IMG/VR virus record: IMGVR_UViG_3300037312_000757
Length of the DNA stretch: 64,000 bases
Source: a virus
Lineage: Duplodnaviria; Heunggongvirae; Uroviricota; Caudoviricetes
Strand: one strand, 5' to 3'
Below the pieces are notes generated by a model. It searched no databases. It was given only the letters and a program-made list of their open reading frames with translations, and had not been told where the DNA came from. Shown piece after piece: positions 17,347 through 27,364 of the stretch; within the stretch, counting starts at the first letter, position 1; every line of letters begins with the position of its first letter. The position numbers were made by a program, and so were the translations under genes.

Positions 17347-17591
17347 TTACAATCAAAGCATCAACTGAGCCTGGGTTTAAGTGGTGTATGTTTGCGCCAA
17401 TTAGGGCGGACCGGTCAATCGTTGGTGGCACCTACTACGAAGACCTGAAAATGTGTATGAAGGTGGCATTGCACTTGAAGGAAAAGTATGAATTGCCGTA
17501 CTTCAGGTTTGTTCATGAGGGTGAAGAAATACAGGTTGAGACAGACGGCGACATAATGCAGATTATGTTGATGTATGGTTTTGAATCGTAG
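17343..17591 (+). CDS. Small paralog-family protein
   Basis: C-terminus QVETDGDIMQIMLMYGFES. Confidence 0.75.
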   Translation: MITIKASTEPGFKWCMFAPIRADRSIVGGTYYEDLKMCMKVALHLKEKYELPYFRFVHEGEEIQVETDGDIMQIMLMYGFES

Positions 17592-17624
17592 AAATCGTAC
17601 AAGAGGAAGTTCTAAAGTACGAAA

Positions 17625-17801
17625 ATGGACCAACCTAATTATCCCGTTTGTCAAGTCTGTTCCAAGTCGTTCAAGATCATAACAGCAACACACCTTAAGT
17701 CTCATGGGCATTCCTTTGAGACTTATAATGTTGGCCAACATATACCAAAAGACTGGCTTGACATTTTAAAGCTTCAAGGCTTCAAACTTTTTGACCAATA
17801 A
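17625..17801 (+). CDS. 58-aa C2H2 zinc-finger protein, Ros/MucR-like finger (absent from ORF track)
   Basis: MDQPNYPVCQVCSKSFKIITATHLKSHGHSFETY... Confidence 0.6.
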   Translation: MDQPNYPVCQVCSKSFKIITATHLKSHGHSFETYNVGQHIPKDWLDILKLQGFKLFDQ

Positions 17802-17803
17802 AC

Positions 17804-17830
17804 AAAAACCCCGCCGAAGCGGGGTTTTTT
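17804..17830. terminator. Bidirectional terminator with C(UUCG)G loop on the capsid-gene strand
   Basis: AAAAACCCCGC-CGAA-GCGGGGTTTTTT. Confidence 0.9.
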
Positions 17831-17890
17831 GTGACTTCAAATTCTTTAATTTCAATAATTACACTAACAAGTAGTGTAATTTCTTGATTT

Positions 17891-19114
17891 TTAAAGGAAT
17901 TTAAGGTTGCTGGTATTAATCCCTACAAGACCCAAGTAGTCAGCTGCGTTACCCAAGCTGCTTGAGCTGTTTGTCAGTTCGAGGAAGCCGTAACGTGTCA
18001 TGAAGCTTACGACTGGTTCGAATGTGTTTGGATCGATCACAACACCTGATGATGTCAGTGGAACGTATGGGCAGTAGTAAGCTGCTGCATCGATCTCGCC
18101 TTGACCCTTGTAACCAACCAGCACTGGTGTGCTGTCTTGTGCGTACTGGTCAACGTAAACACGCATTGAGTTGTTCAGCATACCAACATACTTTGTGTTT
18201 GTTGGAGCTTCGAATGCGCCTTCTGTTGTACGTGCGAAAGCTGATGTTGTTGCTGACTGCAGAATTGTCAGTGCTGTTGGTGAAACAACAACCCAGTTAC
18301 CTGCACCGCGACGTGTACGTGCAGCGATCAGGTTAGCCTGACGGTTGATCAGGATAGCCAGAGCAGCGTGTACGTCACCGACGAAGTGTGGTGTGCCTGA
18401 AACTTGTGCTTGATCGAAGATCGCTGTTGGAGCACCTGGCAGAGCACGCAGAGATGTCAGGATTTCCTGGTCGATTTCTGCAGTGATTTCTTGTGCCAGC
18501 GCAGCCATGATTTCAGCTTCGATGTCAATACCTTGCTGTGCTTGTGCATCTTGCGCAGCTTCGAATGTCCAACGTGCTGACAGCTTACGTGTCTTGGCTT
18601 CAACAACTTCCTTAACGATCTGGATGCTCAGACGCTTACCAGCAACACCTTCCAGTGCTGTTGTTGCAGCAGCCTTAGGAGCTTGAACGTTGCTTGTGTC
18701 ACCTGAATACGCACGGGCGATATCGAATGGTGACAGTGCTTCGTTACCAGCTTGCACGTAACCAGGAACTGTGTCAGCGTAGCGGACGCGCAGTGTGTGG
18801 ATTTGTGCAACTGGACCAGTCATTGGCTGAACACCAATAATTTCGTTAGCGATAACTGTTGGCATCACACGACGGATAACTGGCAGGATAACCTTGTTCA
18901 GTGTTGCAACGTTTGCGCTGTTTGTGGCGCCCATTGTTGCGTTTTCCATCAGTGCTGCTGTTTGCTTGATTTCACGATATGTGTTCTCAAGCACTGTTTC
19001 CATGATGGCCTTCTTAGTTGGGTTAACTGAGCCATCTTGGTTGTGTGTCAGATCCTTACCTTCGCAGAGAGCTTTCTTAGTAACTGACCACTGGGATTCA
19101 AAGAGTTTAGTCAT
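17891..19114 (-). CDS. gp23: Major capsid protein
   Basis: IRRVMPTVIANEIIGVQPMTGPVAQI, AKTRKLSARWTFEAAQD, EITAEIDQEI, YYCPYVPL, FMTRYG. Confidence 0.97.
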   Translation of the reverse strand: MTKLFESQWSVTKKALCEGKDLTHNQDGSVNPTKKAIMETVLENTYREIKQTAALMENATMGATNSANVATLNKVILPVIRRVMPTVIANEIIGVQPMTGPVAQIHTLRVRYADTVPGYVQAGNEALSPFDIARAYSGDTSNVQAPKAAATTALEGVAGKRLSIQIVKEVVEAKTRKLSARWTFEAAQDAQAQQGIDIEAEIMAALAQEITAEIDQEILTSLRALPGAPTAIFDQAQVSGTPHFVGDVHAALAILINRQANLIAARTRRGAGNWVVVSPTALTILQSATTSAFARTTEGAFEAPTNTKYVGMLNNSMRVYVDQYAQDSTPVLVGYKGQGEIDAAAYYCPYVPLTSSGVVIDPNTFEPVVSFMTRYGFLELTNSSSSLGNAADYLGLVGINTSNLKFL

Positions 19115-19133
19115 GGTAAAATTTACTCCAAAT

Positions 19134-20567
19134 TTACTTTTTCAAACCGGCTAGTCGCAGAATTGTGGCTGTATCGTCTGATACGGCTGCTTGTTCTGTT
19201 CCTTCAGCCTGGACTGTTTCACGCAGTCGATTAGTGCGCTGATCGCCGGTAATAGCAACAGTGCTCAACTCCTTAACAGGTGCCTCGGTCAAAGTACGTT
19301 GGCGGCTCTGCGGAGCGTTCTTCTTGCTGTCCTTAGCTGTTGATTCATTAAGGACTGCTGGAAGATATTTATTAAAGGACTCACGGAGCTGTGCAGTTTT
19401 GACAGTTTCCAGGAGTTCTTCCATCACGGCCTTCTTCTCACGTGACAAATTGCCAGTAAGTTCAGCCATAATTTGTGTGCGGTTAGCTTTTTCTTCAGCC
19501 AACTTAGCCTTACGTGAAGCAACATCTGCTGCACGTTGTGACTCTTGAAGTTGTGCCTTCAGTGATTCCATCTCGTCCTTTTGGGATTCGAGGATGGCTT
19601 CCATCTTTGCAACTTCTGTGTTTTCGCCGAAATAGCTAGTCATGAACTCAGCAGCAACAGCTTCGAAAATACGGCGTCCGAACATGTTCTGACGATTCTT
19701 TTCGAGCTCTTCGTGGAGTTGTGTAAGTTCAGCCTTCAATGTTTCTGTGACTTGTTTGTCAACCATCTTAGCTGCCTTAGCCACAAACTCGCGTTGAGTT
19801 TCAGCCAGCTTTGTACGTGATTCAGAAACCAACTGAACACGCTTTTCTACCAGGGCACGCTTGTCTTCTTGGAATTCACGCAGTTCCTTGGAAACTTGAC
19901 GTACAACAAACTCATCAATTTGTTTGATGCGTTGTGCGTATGACTCTTCCAAAGCGGCTTTGTGTTCTGCTGTTTCAGCAACTAGTGCTTCACGTTCAGC
20001 TTCCAGAGCTGCTGCTGATTCCTTGACTTGCGCCAGTTCACCGGACAGCTTTTCTAGAACAAAGTTACGCATCAGAGCCATGTGCTCCTTCAGGCGTGCC
20101 TTGTACATGTCTTTGCCTTCTGCTACTTGGGTAGCAAGCTTGACACGCATTTCGGCTACTGCATTCTTGTCTTCGTTGAATTCAGACAGCTCAGTGTTGA
20201 GCTTCTGCATCACGAAGGATTCCAATACTTGGGCGTGTTCCTGGACGCGAGTCTTGTAAGCGCCACGTGCTTCCTTAACGGCTGCATCGTAACGATCACG
20301 AGCTTCACGCAGTTGAGCAATTTCGCTTGCGCGTTGTTCCTCAACCTTCTGAACTACATCAGTGAGCATACGATCCATTGCTTCGACGAGAGTTGACTTG
20401 TCGTGCTCGAAACGCTGTGCCATTTCTTCGCGAACTTGTGTTTCAATAGATTCGCGGAGACCAGCAGTAGCTTCTTGCACACGAGCGTCAAAGCTCTCTT
20501 GCAATGTCTGTGTGTCTTCCTCACTGAGCAATCCAGCTTCAAACAACTTTTTAACAATGTTATCCAT
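19134..20567 (-). CDS. gp22: Prohead core scaffold protein
   Basis: Coiled-coil protein between protease and capsid genes; GRRIFEAVAAEF; GGAG SD before ATG 20567. Confidence 0.8.
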   Translation of the reverse strand: MDNIVKKLFEAGLLSEEDTQTLQESFDARVQEATAGLRESIETQVREEMAQRFEHDKSTLVEAMDRMLTDVVQKVEEQRASEIAQLREARDRYDAAVKEARGAYKTRVQEHAQVLESFVMQKLNTELSEFNEDKNAVAEMRVKLATQVAEGKDMYKARLKEHMALMRNFVLEKLSGELAQVKESAAALEAEREALVAETAEHKAALEESYAQRIKQIDEFVVRQVSKELREFQEDKRALVEKRVQLVSESRTKLAETQREFVAKAAKMVDKQVTETLKAELTQLHEELEKNRQNMFGRRIFEAVAAEFMTSYFGENTEVAKMEAILESQKDEMESLKAQLQESQRAADVASRKAKLAEEKANRTQIMAELTGNLSREKKAVMEELLETVKTAQLRESFNKYLPAVLNESTAKDSKKNAPQSRQRTLTEAPVKELSTVAITGDQRTNRLRETVQAEGTEQAAVSDDTATILRLAGLKK

Positions 20568-20579
20568 GGACCACTCCAA

Positions 20580-21215
20580 TTAGGCTTTCAAATTTTTGAT
20601 CCAATCCAGAAGCTCCTTTTGCAAGTGCTTCTTAGCCTTTTCATCATGCGATACAGCATGAGCTAGATCTTCGATAATTGCACCGCGCTTGCCGTTCTTC
20701 GCTTCGTAAACCGCTCTTGGGTAAGCGTTTGGCGCGCTAGGACGAGCAACGATGTCAACTGTTACGATTTGGAAATCAGACACTTCACCTGCGTCGTTCA
20801 CGTTACCGCTACCACGACTAGAAACGCCCAACTTCACACCACTCTCAAGGAGAGTGGTTACGATGTTACCCATCGGTGTTGGCAAAATTTGCAGCTTACC
20901 AATACCATTAGGACCATCCATCCACATTTGAGTAATCATGTGGCTGACGCGATCCAAGTTAATGTTTAGTTCTTCTGGGTGATCTGCCTCACCCAGAACA
21001 CTTTCACCTTTAGCAAGGATCTCGTTGACACTTTCAACAGCACGGCGGATTTCTGAGACCGGATACACTCGTTCGTTCAAGTTACGAACACCACCTTGAA
21101 TAAAGATGCCGTTCATGTAAAGCTTCTTTGGAGCACCCTCAAAAGCTGGTGCAACCGCTTCAACTTGAATATTGGCTTGATCGAATGTCAAACGTTCGGT
21201 TAGAAATCTGTCCAT
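20580..21215 (-). CDS. gp21: Prohead protease
   Basis: GIFIQGGVRNLNERVYP, LGEADHP, TPMG, LGVSSRGSG, VDIVARPSAPNA. Confidence 0.95.
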   Translation of the reverse strand: MDRFLTERLTFDQANIQVEAVAPAFEGAPKKLYMNGIFIQGGVRNLNERVYPVSEIRRAVESVNEILAKGESVLGEADHPEELNINLDRVSHMITQMWMDGPNGIGKLQILPTPMGNIVTTLLESGVKLGVSSRGSGNVNDAGEVSDFQIVTVDIVARPSAPNAYPRAVYEAKNGKRGAIIEDLAHAVSHDEKAKKHLQKELLDWIKNLKA

Positions 21216-21217
21216 GT

Positions 21218-22207
21218 TTAGTTCTTACCCATTGGGACTTTTGTAGAACCGATCAAGCTCTTGTCGTTTTCTTTGCTCAGCAATGGATCATTCAGCTCAG
21301 CTGACTTGTCACCTTCCTTGCTAACCTTAGTACGACCATCTGCTGCCTTAGCCTTTGTGTTGCGTGCCTTAACGATCTTTTGATCAGCTACGCTTGGGGC
21401 TGTTTCTTTTTCGAAACCGGAATGTTCCTTAGCCTTGATCTCGACTGGCTCACCCTTGAGTGCGCGGTCGCCAAGCTTAGGTTGCAGAGCTGGGCTCTTC
21501 TTGTTTTGTGTGAATGACTTACCACCTTGTTCGACGCCGTCAGCCATTGTGACCTTAACCTTCTCGAGGTCGCTCAGTGCTGATTCGCCCAGTGGGTCAA
21601 AACCTTCTTCTTCAACTTCTGCGTCGCCGCCGAAATCGTCGCCGCCGAAGTCATCTTCACCAGCAAATGCATCGTCGCCATCTTCTGCGCCGAACTCACC
21701 GCCTTCCAGATCACCACGAACGCCATCAACAACTTCGTCTTCACCAGCAACCAGAGCGTCAAACTCAGCTGCCAGACGTGTCAACTCAGCTTCGAGGTCG
21801 TCTACGCGTGTTTCGATATCTTGATCTTCGCCTTCAACATCGCCTTCTGCGTCAATAGCTGAATCTTCAGCTGCATCGTCAGCGGCCATATCGTCTGCAT
21901 CGGCTTCAGCATCTGCTGAAACTTCTTCGCCGTCTTCGCCAGCAACTTCGTCGTCGCCTGCAAATTCGTTAACTTGTTCGTCTTCTGCTGTGTCGTCTTC
22001 TTCACCGATCAGGTCTGATTCGGTGAACATTTCGTCCATAGCAAGACCAGCTTCCCAGCTTTCATCGAGAACGAAGTCCTCACCCTGACGCAATGATTCA
22101 TGAATCTGGCGAGAACGTTCAAGAATGAAATCGTGGAAAAGCGCATCTGCCTTTTCGCGCTCTTCATTGAGCAGCGCGATCAGTGCTTTTTCCAAAATTG
22201 AACGCAT
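21218..22207 (-). CDS. Acidic prohead core protein (gp67/gp68-like position)
   Basis: Very D/E-rich, between portal and protease; GGAG SD; ACTAAATA at 22253-22260. Confidence 0.65.
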   Translation of the reverse strand: MRSILEKALIALLNEEREKADALFHDFILERSRQIHESLRQGEDFVLDESWEAGLAMDEMFTESDLIGEEDDTAEDEQVNEFAGDDEVAGEDGEEVSADAEADADDMAADDAAEDSAIDAEGDVEGEDQDIETRVDDLEAELTRLAAEFDALVAGEDEVVDGVRGDLEGGEFGAEDGDDAFAGEDDFGGDDFGGDAEVEEEGFDPLGESALSDLEKVKVTMADGVEQGGKSFTQNKKSPALQPKLGDRALKGEPVEIKAKEHSGFEKETAPSVADQKIVKARNTKAKAADGRTKVSKEGDKSAELNDPLLSKENDKSLIGSTKVPMGKN

Positions 22208-22364
22208 TTTAAGTCTCCCTAAATTAACGCACATATAATGTTCGTTCTTTGTTATTTAGTTCGTAGTTAATTCGAAGTCGCCATAAGGTCGAAAAAACGC
22301 GATTTTTGTCAAAACGTGGTAGATTACGGATTGGTTACCTTGATACATAGCAACCAGAAATGGA

Positions 22365-22390
22365 AATGGCGAGGAAAATTCCTCGCCATT
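22365..22390 (-). terminator. Hairpin/terminator after portal operon
   Basis: AATGGCGAGGAA/TTCCTCGCCATT. Confidence 0.65.
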
Positions 22391-22407
22391 ATTTGAACTA
22401 GGTTTGG

Positions 22408-22653
22408 TTAGAAACCACCACCTTCATCTTCTTCGCCACTACCCTGGCCATAAATCACCGCTAGAGTATCTTGGCGCTTCAGCATTTCAAGCTTACGGAA
22501 AGCGCGCAGCTTTTTTAGACGGTTAAGATCTCGCAGTGAGAGACGATCTTTACGAGTGTCCATGATATCTGCTGCACCCAACTCGTCTGAGTCCGGATCG
22601 TAGTTTGCTGGAACATCAGCATCAAAGTCTTTATTGAAATCATTCGTTTCCAT
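22408..22653 (-). CDS. Small head-module protein downstream of portal
   Basis: ORF overlapping portal end; RKDRLSLRDLNRLKKLR. Confidence 0.65.
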   Translation of the reverse strand: METNDFNKDFDADVPANYDPDSDELGAADIMDTRKDRLSLRDLNRLKKLRAFRKLEMLKRQDTLAVIYGQGSGEEDEGGGF

Positions 22654-24406
22654 CGTCTTCACCCTCGTCTGGAACTGCGTCTACGCCGCTATCACCACCT
22701 TCGTCACCACCACCTTCGTCATCACCGAGATCGAAGTCATCGCCGCCTTCTTCTCCACCCAAATCGAAGTCACCTGCACCCGAGCTAACACCGACAGAGC
22801 TCAATCCGTCTGGTGATGCACCATCGGCAGCGGTACTACCAACAGCACTCTTCATCTTGCCAGGATTTTCTTCCGCCCAGAGACGTTCGTTCTCCAGAAT
22901 TTCGTCTTCTGTCAGGTTCAAGAAGCGTTTGAACTTGAAACGTTCAGCCAGCTTCTTGTTGTCTGCAATCTGTGCATAGACGTTCATTTGTGCTTGGTCG
23001 AGTTCGATCTGGCGATACTTTGTGAAGTTCTGTGGTGGATTGAATGTCATCTCAAACAGACTGTCTTCAATCTGAATACCATTTTCCTTCATGTACAGCT
23101 TGAATTCCTTGTCAAACACTGGTGCAAGCATGTTCTGCAAACGCATACAGTATTTGTTGAAACGGAATTCCTGAATCATTGCTGCACCCATTTTGCCATC
23201 GTTGAAAGCAACTTGTTGGTTGTCTTCACCACCAGGCAAATACGATGATGGGATACGCAGACCAGCTCGCAGTTTCTTGTTGAAGAACTCCAAGTCTGAA
23301 ATCTCACCCAAGTTATCACCACCAGGCAATGTTTCAACCTTGGAACCACGGCCTTCTGGTGATTGCGCAAAGAAGTAGTCTTCCATCATAGTCAGCGGGT
23401 TGTATGCCGCGTCCATGATTGAGTTGCCACCACCTGTACGGTTTGGAATACGTCGCTGGTGAATGTCGTTCTTGATCTTTTCAACGTGTGCGTTAGCCAT
23501 CACAGGGTTCATACCACCAACGTCAATATAGAAAATACGACGTTCCGGAGCACGTTGAACACGGTAAATGATAACCGCGTCTTCCAATAGTTCCTTCTGC
23601 TTGAAGGTCTTGAATACTGGCTCAAGCACTGAAGAACCGAATGGCCAGTTTTCGTCCATACCAGTTGACAAGCTCAGGTGGACAACGTGCTTTGCATCCA
23701 CCACGTGACTTTGTGGAACTGATTGATTACCCATACGAGGATCAGCGCCTTGACCCGGCAATGTGAACATGTTGCCTGGTGATACAGATGCGCTTGATGT
23801 ACGAGTAAACGGTGATGTAGCCATGCCCATTGGAGTGTTGTACTCGTTTGGATCGGCCGGTTTGGTTGCAAACTTGTCCTGTTTGCCGTAATCGAGATTA
23901 CGGATAACATATTCCATTGGGACTTTACCAGCAGCTTCGTCAACACGAACGAGCTCAACGTCAAAGTGGCTAATCCAGAGCCATTCCTTTGTTTCTGGGT
24001 CACGCAAGAAGAACTGATCACCGTTCTTGATAACGTTACGGAATGCTTGATACAAACGACTACGGAAGTTGTTCATTCTCACCCACTTGTGTAGCATTTG
24101 GTGGATCAGAGTAACTTCAGTATTGGTTGCGTCTTCGTTGTAGTTGATGAAAAACGGTGTGTCGTTTTGCTCTTCTGTCTGGGTGCAGAAGTCAGCAATA
24201 GTGTCGAGCGCAGCGTTAATTTCGCTGTCTCGATCCATATCTTCATATTGAAAATATCGTTGAATGCGGTTTGGATGGCCTGCGTAAATTTCTGGCAAAT
24301 AACTAGAGAATTTACTACCAGAGCCACCAAGACTTCCACCTGACGATGAAGACTGGGTTTTCTGCCCTGGCACTTTAACCATACGCATGTGCTTACGCCA
24401 TGTCAT
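22640..24406 (-). CDS. gp20: Portal protein
   Basis: LLEDAVIIYRVQRAPERRIFYIDVG, MEDYFF, GRGSKVETLPGG; AATAAATA at 24439-24446. Confidence 0.96.
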   Translation of the reverse strand: MTWRKHMRMVKVPGQKTQSSSSGGSLGGSGSKFSSYLPEIYAGHPNRIQRYFQYEDMDRDSEINAALDTIADFCTQTEEQNDTPFFINYNEDATNTEVTLIHQMLHKWVRMNNFRSRLYQAFRNVIKNGDQFFLRDPETKEWLWISHFDVELVRVDEAAGKVPMEYVIRNLDYGKQDKFATKPADPNEYNTPMGMATSPFTRTSSASVSPGNMFTLPGQGADPRMGNQSVPQSHVVDAKHVVHLSLSTGMDENWPFGSSVLEPVFKTFKQKELLEDAVIIYRVQRAPERRIFYIDVGGMNPVMANAHVEKIKNDIHQRRIPNRTGGGNSIMDAAYNPLTMMEDYFFAQSPEGRGSKVETLPGGDNLGEISDLEFFNKKLRAGLRIPSSYLPGGEDNQQVAFNDGKMGAAMIQEFRFNKYCMRLQNMLAPVFDKEFKLYMKENGIQIEDSLFEMTFNPPQNFTKYRQIELDQAQMNVYAQIADNKKLAERFKFKRFLNLTEDEILENERLWAEENPGKMKSAVGSTAADGASPDGLSSVGVSSGAGDFDLGGEEGGDDFDLGDDEGGGDEGGDSGVDAVPDEGEDDGNE

Positions 24407-24480
24407 TTATTCTACTTCCTCTTTTTGGGAATTTTGAGTATTTATTCTAATGATGTTACTCATCACCGTCAAAAAGTCGG

Positions 24481-27258
24481 TTAGGCACGATTTGGATCTA
24501 AATTCGAGCCCATTTTCTTCATAGCGTCGTTGGCTTGCTGCGCTATTGCACGTTCCTGAGCATTACCGTGGTTCAGGGCTTCAAGCATCTTCATCATAAT
24601 CTGGTTGGTAGACGCCATCTGTCTCTGCATGTCGGCATTTTGCTTTTGCAGAGTGTTAACCAGATTTTGCAGATTTGCTACCTCAACATTCGGTGTTGCT
24701 GTTGTAGATGTTGATGGAGTTGATGGGCCGGAAGTATTACCAACTGCACTGTCAAATGCCTTGACCAACAGTGAACCGCCTGGTAGGGCCAAGATGGCCT
24801 TCTTCATAATACCAAACACATCGAAGTTCTTTAGCCAGGTAAACTTAGAAGACAACCAGTCACCGATACTGCTGAAGACGTTACCCAAACTGTCGAAGAA
24901 ACCGCCGATGTTGGTTTTTATTGCATCCCAAGTTGCAGTGAACCCGTTATCTCGGATTGAGTTGAACAATGTGATGGCCGCACCGAGTGGTGTGAACTTG
25001 AACGCAGTCTTGAACCATCCAAATACTTTACTCAAAGCACCACCGACCCAGTCGAGTGCCTTACCCAGAGCGGTCTTGATCGGGTCCCAGTTAGAGATAA
25101 TGATGCCTGCCAATGCACCTACACCTCCACCAATCAGTGTTCCTAGGGGACCAAACATCGAACCTATCTGCGCACCTAGGCCGCCCATTGACAGAGCGTT
25201 GGAGAGCGTTTCCTTCCCCTTAAAATCTGGTGCAAGATCCAATGCTGCACCGCCAGCAGCCGCAGCCAGACCACCAAAGCGGGAAGCACCTGCAACCAAA
25301 CGCCCTGGGTTACGCATCAAATTACGAGCACCAAGACGGGCGGCACCGACACCATATGAGACTGTGTTTCTGATGTTGCTTGGCAAGGCACGCAGGTTGT
25401 TCATGAAACCGCCAACACGTTGACCAGCACGACGGCCTGCTCTGCGCCAACGAGCACCACGTGGAACACGTGAGCCTGTACCATGCAACTCGTCTTCGGC
25501 GGCTTCGATAGCATTACCATAGCTTGCCCCACCAGGACCTGTTGTTCGCAGAGCTGAACCGTTACCGTAACGACCCAATGCTTGACTCATACCTTCAGCA
25601 ATGGCTACACGTTGACGTGATGCCTCCTTGGTTTCTTTGTATTTCTTTGCCAGATACTTCGTACCAAAATACAGAGCCAGAGCGCCAGCCACTGTACCAA
25701 GCACACCGAATTTCTCTACTAGCTTGTTGACAACACTGACAACCTTTGTCAATCCTTCAGCCGCAAGACTTACGCCACTGATGAGCTTTTCGCCGATCCA
25801 GAAGACCGCATTACCTAGCTTTGTGAGGTTCTCTGGTGTGAACACACGGCTGAACAGTTGCTCAGCCTGGGCACCAAGTGCCTTGAAATTAGTCACCAAT
25901 GTTGCAAACGCAGGTGTTTCTGACCAAGCAATGATGGTCTTTAGGAATGTTTCACGGATCGCCCCACTGACCTCCTTGAAGATTTCCTCCAAGTTGCTGA
26001 TTGCCTTAGTGGCCGCCGTTTGCATTTGGGCTTGTTCGCGCTGTTTGCGGATATTATCGGCCGAGAAGTTGCCAGCTTGGTTTTCCATATCCTTGATCAT
26101 TGCAATTGCCTTGATTGCGGATTGATTACCAGCCTGAGCTTGCAAGTTCAAGGTTGCCATATTGGCCTTGCCTTGAGCCAAGAAATCTTGATAGAATTTT
26201 GCTTCGTCTTCAGGAGACAGATCTTGGCCACTCTTAATCTTGTTGGCCATCTGATCCATCATATTAGCCACGCCATACAGACCAGCATTTGTGAAGTCTT
26301 TCACCGCTTGAGTCATGTAAGCGCCACCACTACCGATGGTATCAGCAAGCATACCTGACAACGCCTTACCGGCCTCACCCGGGAGTGACGACAAGAACAT
26401 CACTGCCTTAGTAGATGCCTGGATAACTGCTTGGCTGTTATTGCCTTCCTGGGTAATAGCAGCAGAACGCAATGTTGCTGATTGCAATGCAGTATTTGCA
26501 TCCTTCAGCAAATCCATACGATTCTTACCACTAACCGCAGCCAATGCGCTTGACTCAATAGCCAAGTCACGCATTGAGCTAACTGCTTGACTAGTTGAGG
26601 TATTTTGCAGACGACCAAAGAGAGACAAAGTCTGAGTGTAATTACCAACGACGTCATTCAAGTCGCTAGTTGACATCCCCAGTTCGCCGACATCCTTCAA
26701 ACTTTCACGAAGACCGCGACTCCATTGTCCAAGACCTTGGGCACCAAGAGTTGCAGCAGCTTGACTGTTCTTCTTGATCAGATCAGCAAATTCACCCAAT
26801 GGCAAACGTGCTTGAGCAGCAGCCAGAGACAATTGCATCAAGCTACCGTTGAAAGTCTGGCCTACAGAACGGAGCGCTTGATAGTTCTGGAATGTTTGCT
26901 TGATGCTTTGCTCAATCGCGACACCGATCATGGCACCGGCAGTTACGAATGTGGCAGCAGTCTTGGTGAAGATACCGCCAGTTGACTCTGTCGCAGCCTT
27001 CAATTGCTTGAAGGAACCGGACATGTTGGTGGTATTTTGTTCCAAGTGCAGCGCAAAGCGCTTTGCCCCGTTACCAAGAATTGTCAACGACTTACCAAAG
27101 TCAGTTGCGCCATCCTTTACACCCTTGAACAAATCATTGTTTTTCTTGCCGGTAGTATTATCGCCGTCACTGGCTTTCACCAATTTGTTCATAGAACCGC
27201 TGATGTTACTCAGATGAGTCAACATCGCATTGATGTCTTGTGGATTGATGTCAGCCAT
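24481..27258 (-). CDS. Tape measure protein
   Basis: 925 aa, Ala/Gly-rich helical with hydrophobic segments and W/F periodicity; divergent from gp26; AATAAATA at 27288-27295. Confidence 0.75.
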   Translation of the reverse strand: MADINPQDINAMLTHLSNISGSMNKLVKASDGDNTTGKKNNDLFKGVKDGATDFGKSLTILGNGAKRFALHLEQNTTNMSGSFKQLKAATESTGGIFTKTAATFVTAGAMIGVAIEQSIKQTFQNYQALRSVGQTFNGSLMQLSLAAAQARLPLGEFADLIKKNSQAAATLGAQGLGQWSRGLRESLKDVGELGMSTSDLNDVVGNYTQTLSLFGRLQNTSTSQAVSSMRDLAIESSALAAVSGKNRMDLLKDANTALQSATLRSAAITQEGNNSQAVIQASTKAVMFLSSLPGEAGKALSGMLADTIGSGGAYMTQAVKDFTNAGLYGVANMMDQMANKIKSGQDLSPEDEAKFYQDFLAQGKANMATLNLQAQAGNQSAIKAIAMIKDMENQAGNFSADNIRKQREQAQMQTAATKAISNLEEIFKEVSGAIRETFLKTIIAWSETPAFATLVTNFKALGAQAEQLFSRVFTPENLTKLGNAVFWIGEKLISGVSLAAEGLTKVVSVVNKLVEKFGVLGTVAGALALYFGTKYLAKKYKETKEASRQRVAIAEGMSQALGRYGNGSALRTTGPGGASYGNAIEAAEDELHGTGSRVPRGARWRRAGRRAGQRVGGFMNNLRALPSNIRNTVSYGVGAARLGARNLMRNPGRLVAGASRFGGLAAAAGGAALDLAPDFKGKETLSNALSMGGLGAQIGSMFGPLGTLIGGGVGALAGIIISNWDPIKTALGKALDWVGGALSKVFGWFKTAFKFTPLGAAITLFNSIRDNGFTATWDAIKTNIGGFFDSLGNVFSSIGDWLSSKFTWLKNFDVFGIMKKAILALPGGSLLVKAFDSAVGNTSGPSTPSTSTTATPNVEVANLQNLVNTLQKQNADMQRQMASTNQIMMKMLEALNHGNAQERAIAQQANDAMKKMGSNLDPNRA

Positions 27259-27326
27259 GAAAAAGTCCTACTTATAGGTTATCTGAATATTTATTCAGGC
27301 ATTAAGTACGTAGATAATTAGTCACT

Positions 27327-27334
27327 CATAAATA
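27327..27334 (+). promoter_or_regulatory. Late promoter CATAAATA (gp26), back-to-back with tape-measure promoter
   Basis: NATAAATA motifs on both strands of the 27259-27364 gap. Confidence 0.65.
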
Positions 27335-27364
27335 GAGAAAACAGCGTACTTTATAGAGGAAGCT

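Noticed and set aside
12252-17591. Diversity-generating retroelement or integron-like cassette array behind the paralogs
   Set aside because: No reverse transcriptase or integrase, no template/variable repeat pair, and genes overlap with no room for attC-like sites
21560-22030. Apparent tandem repeats (TCGTCGCC, TCTTC)
   Set aside because: Explained by Asp/Glu/Gly low-complexity coding in the prohead core protein
24605-27321. Long antisense ORFs (e.g. 24605..25423, also 32435..33238)
   Set aside because: Shadow frames of the tape measure and gp47 genes; no SD or recognisable motifs
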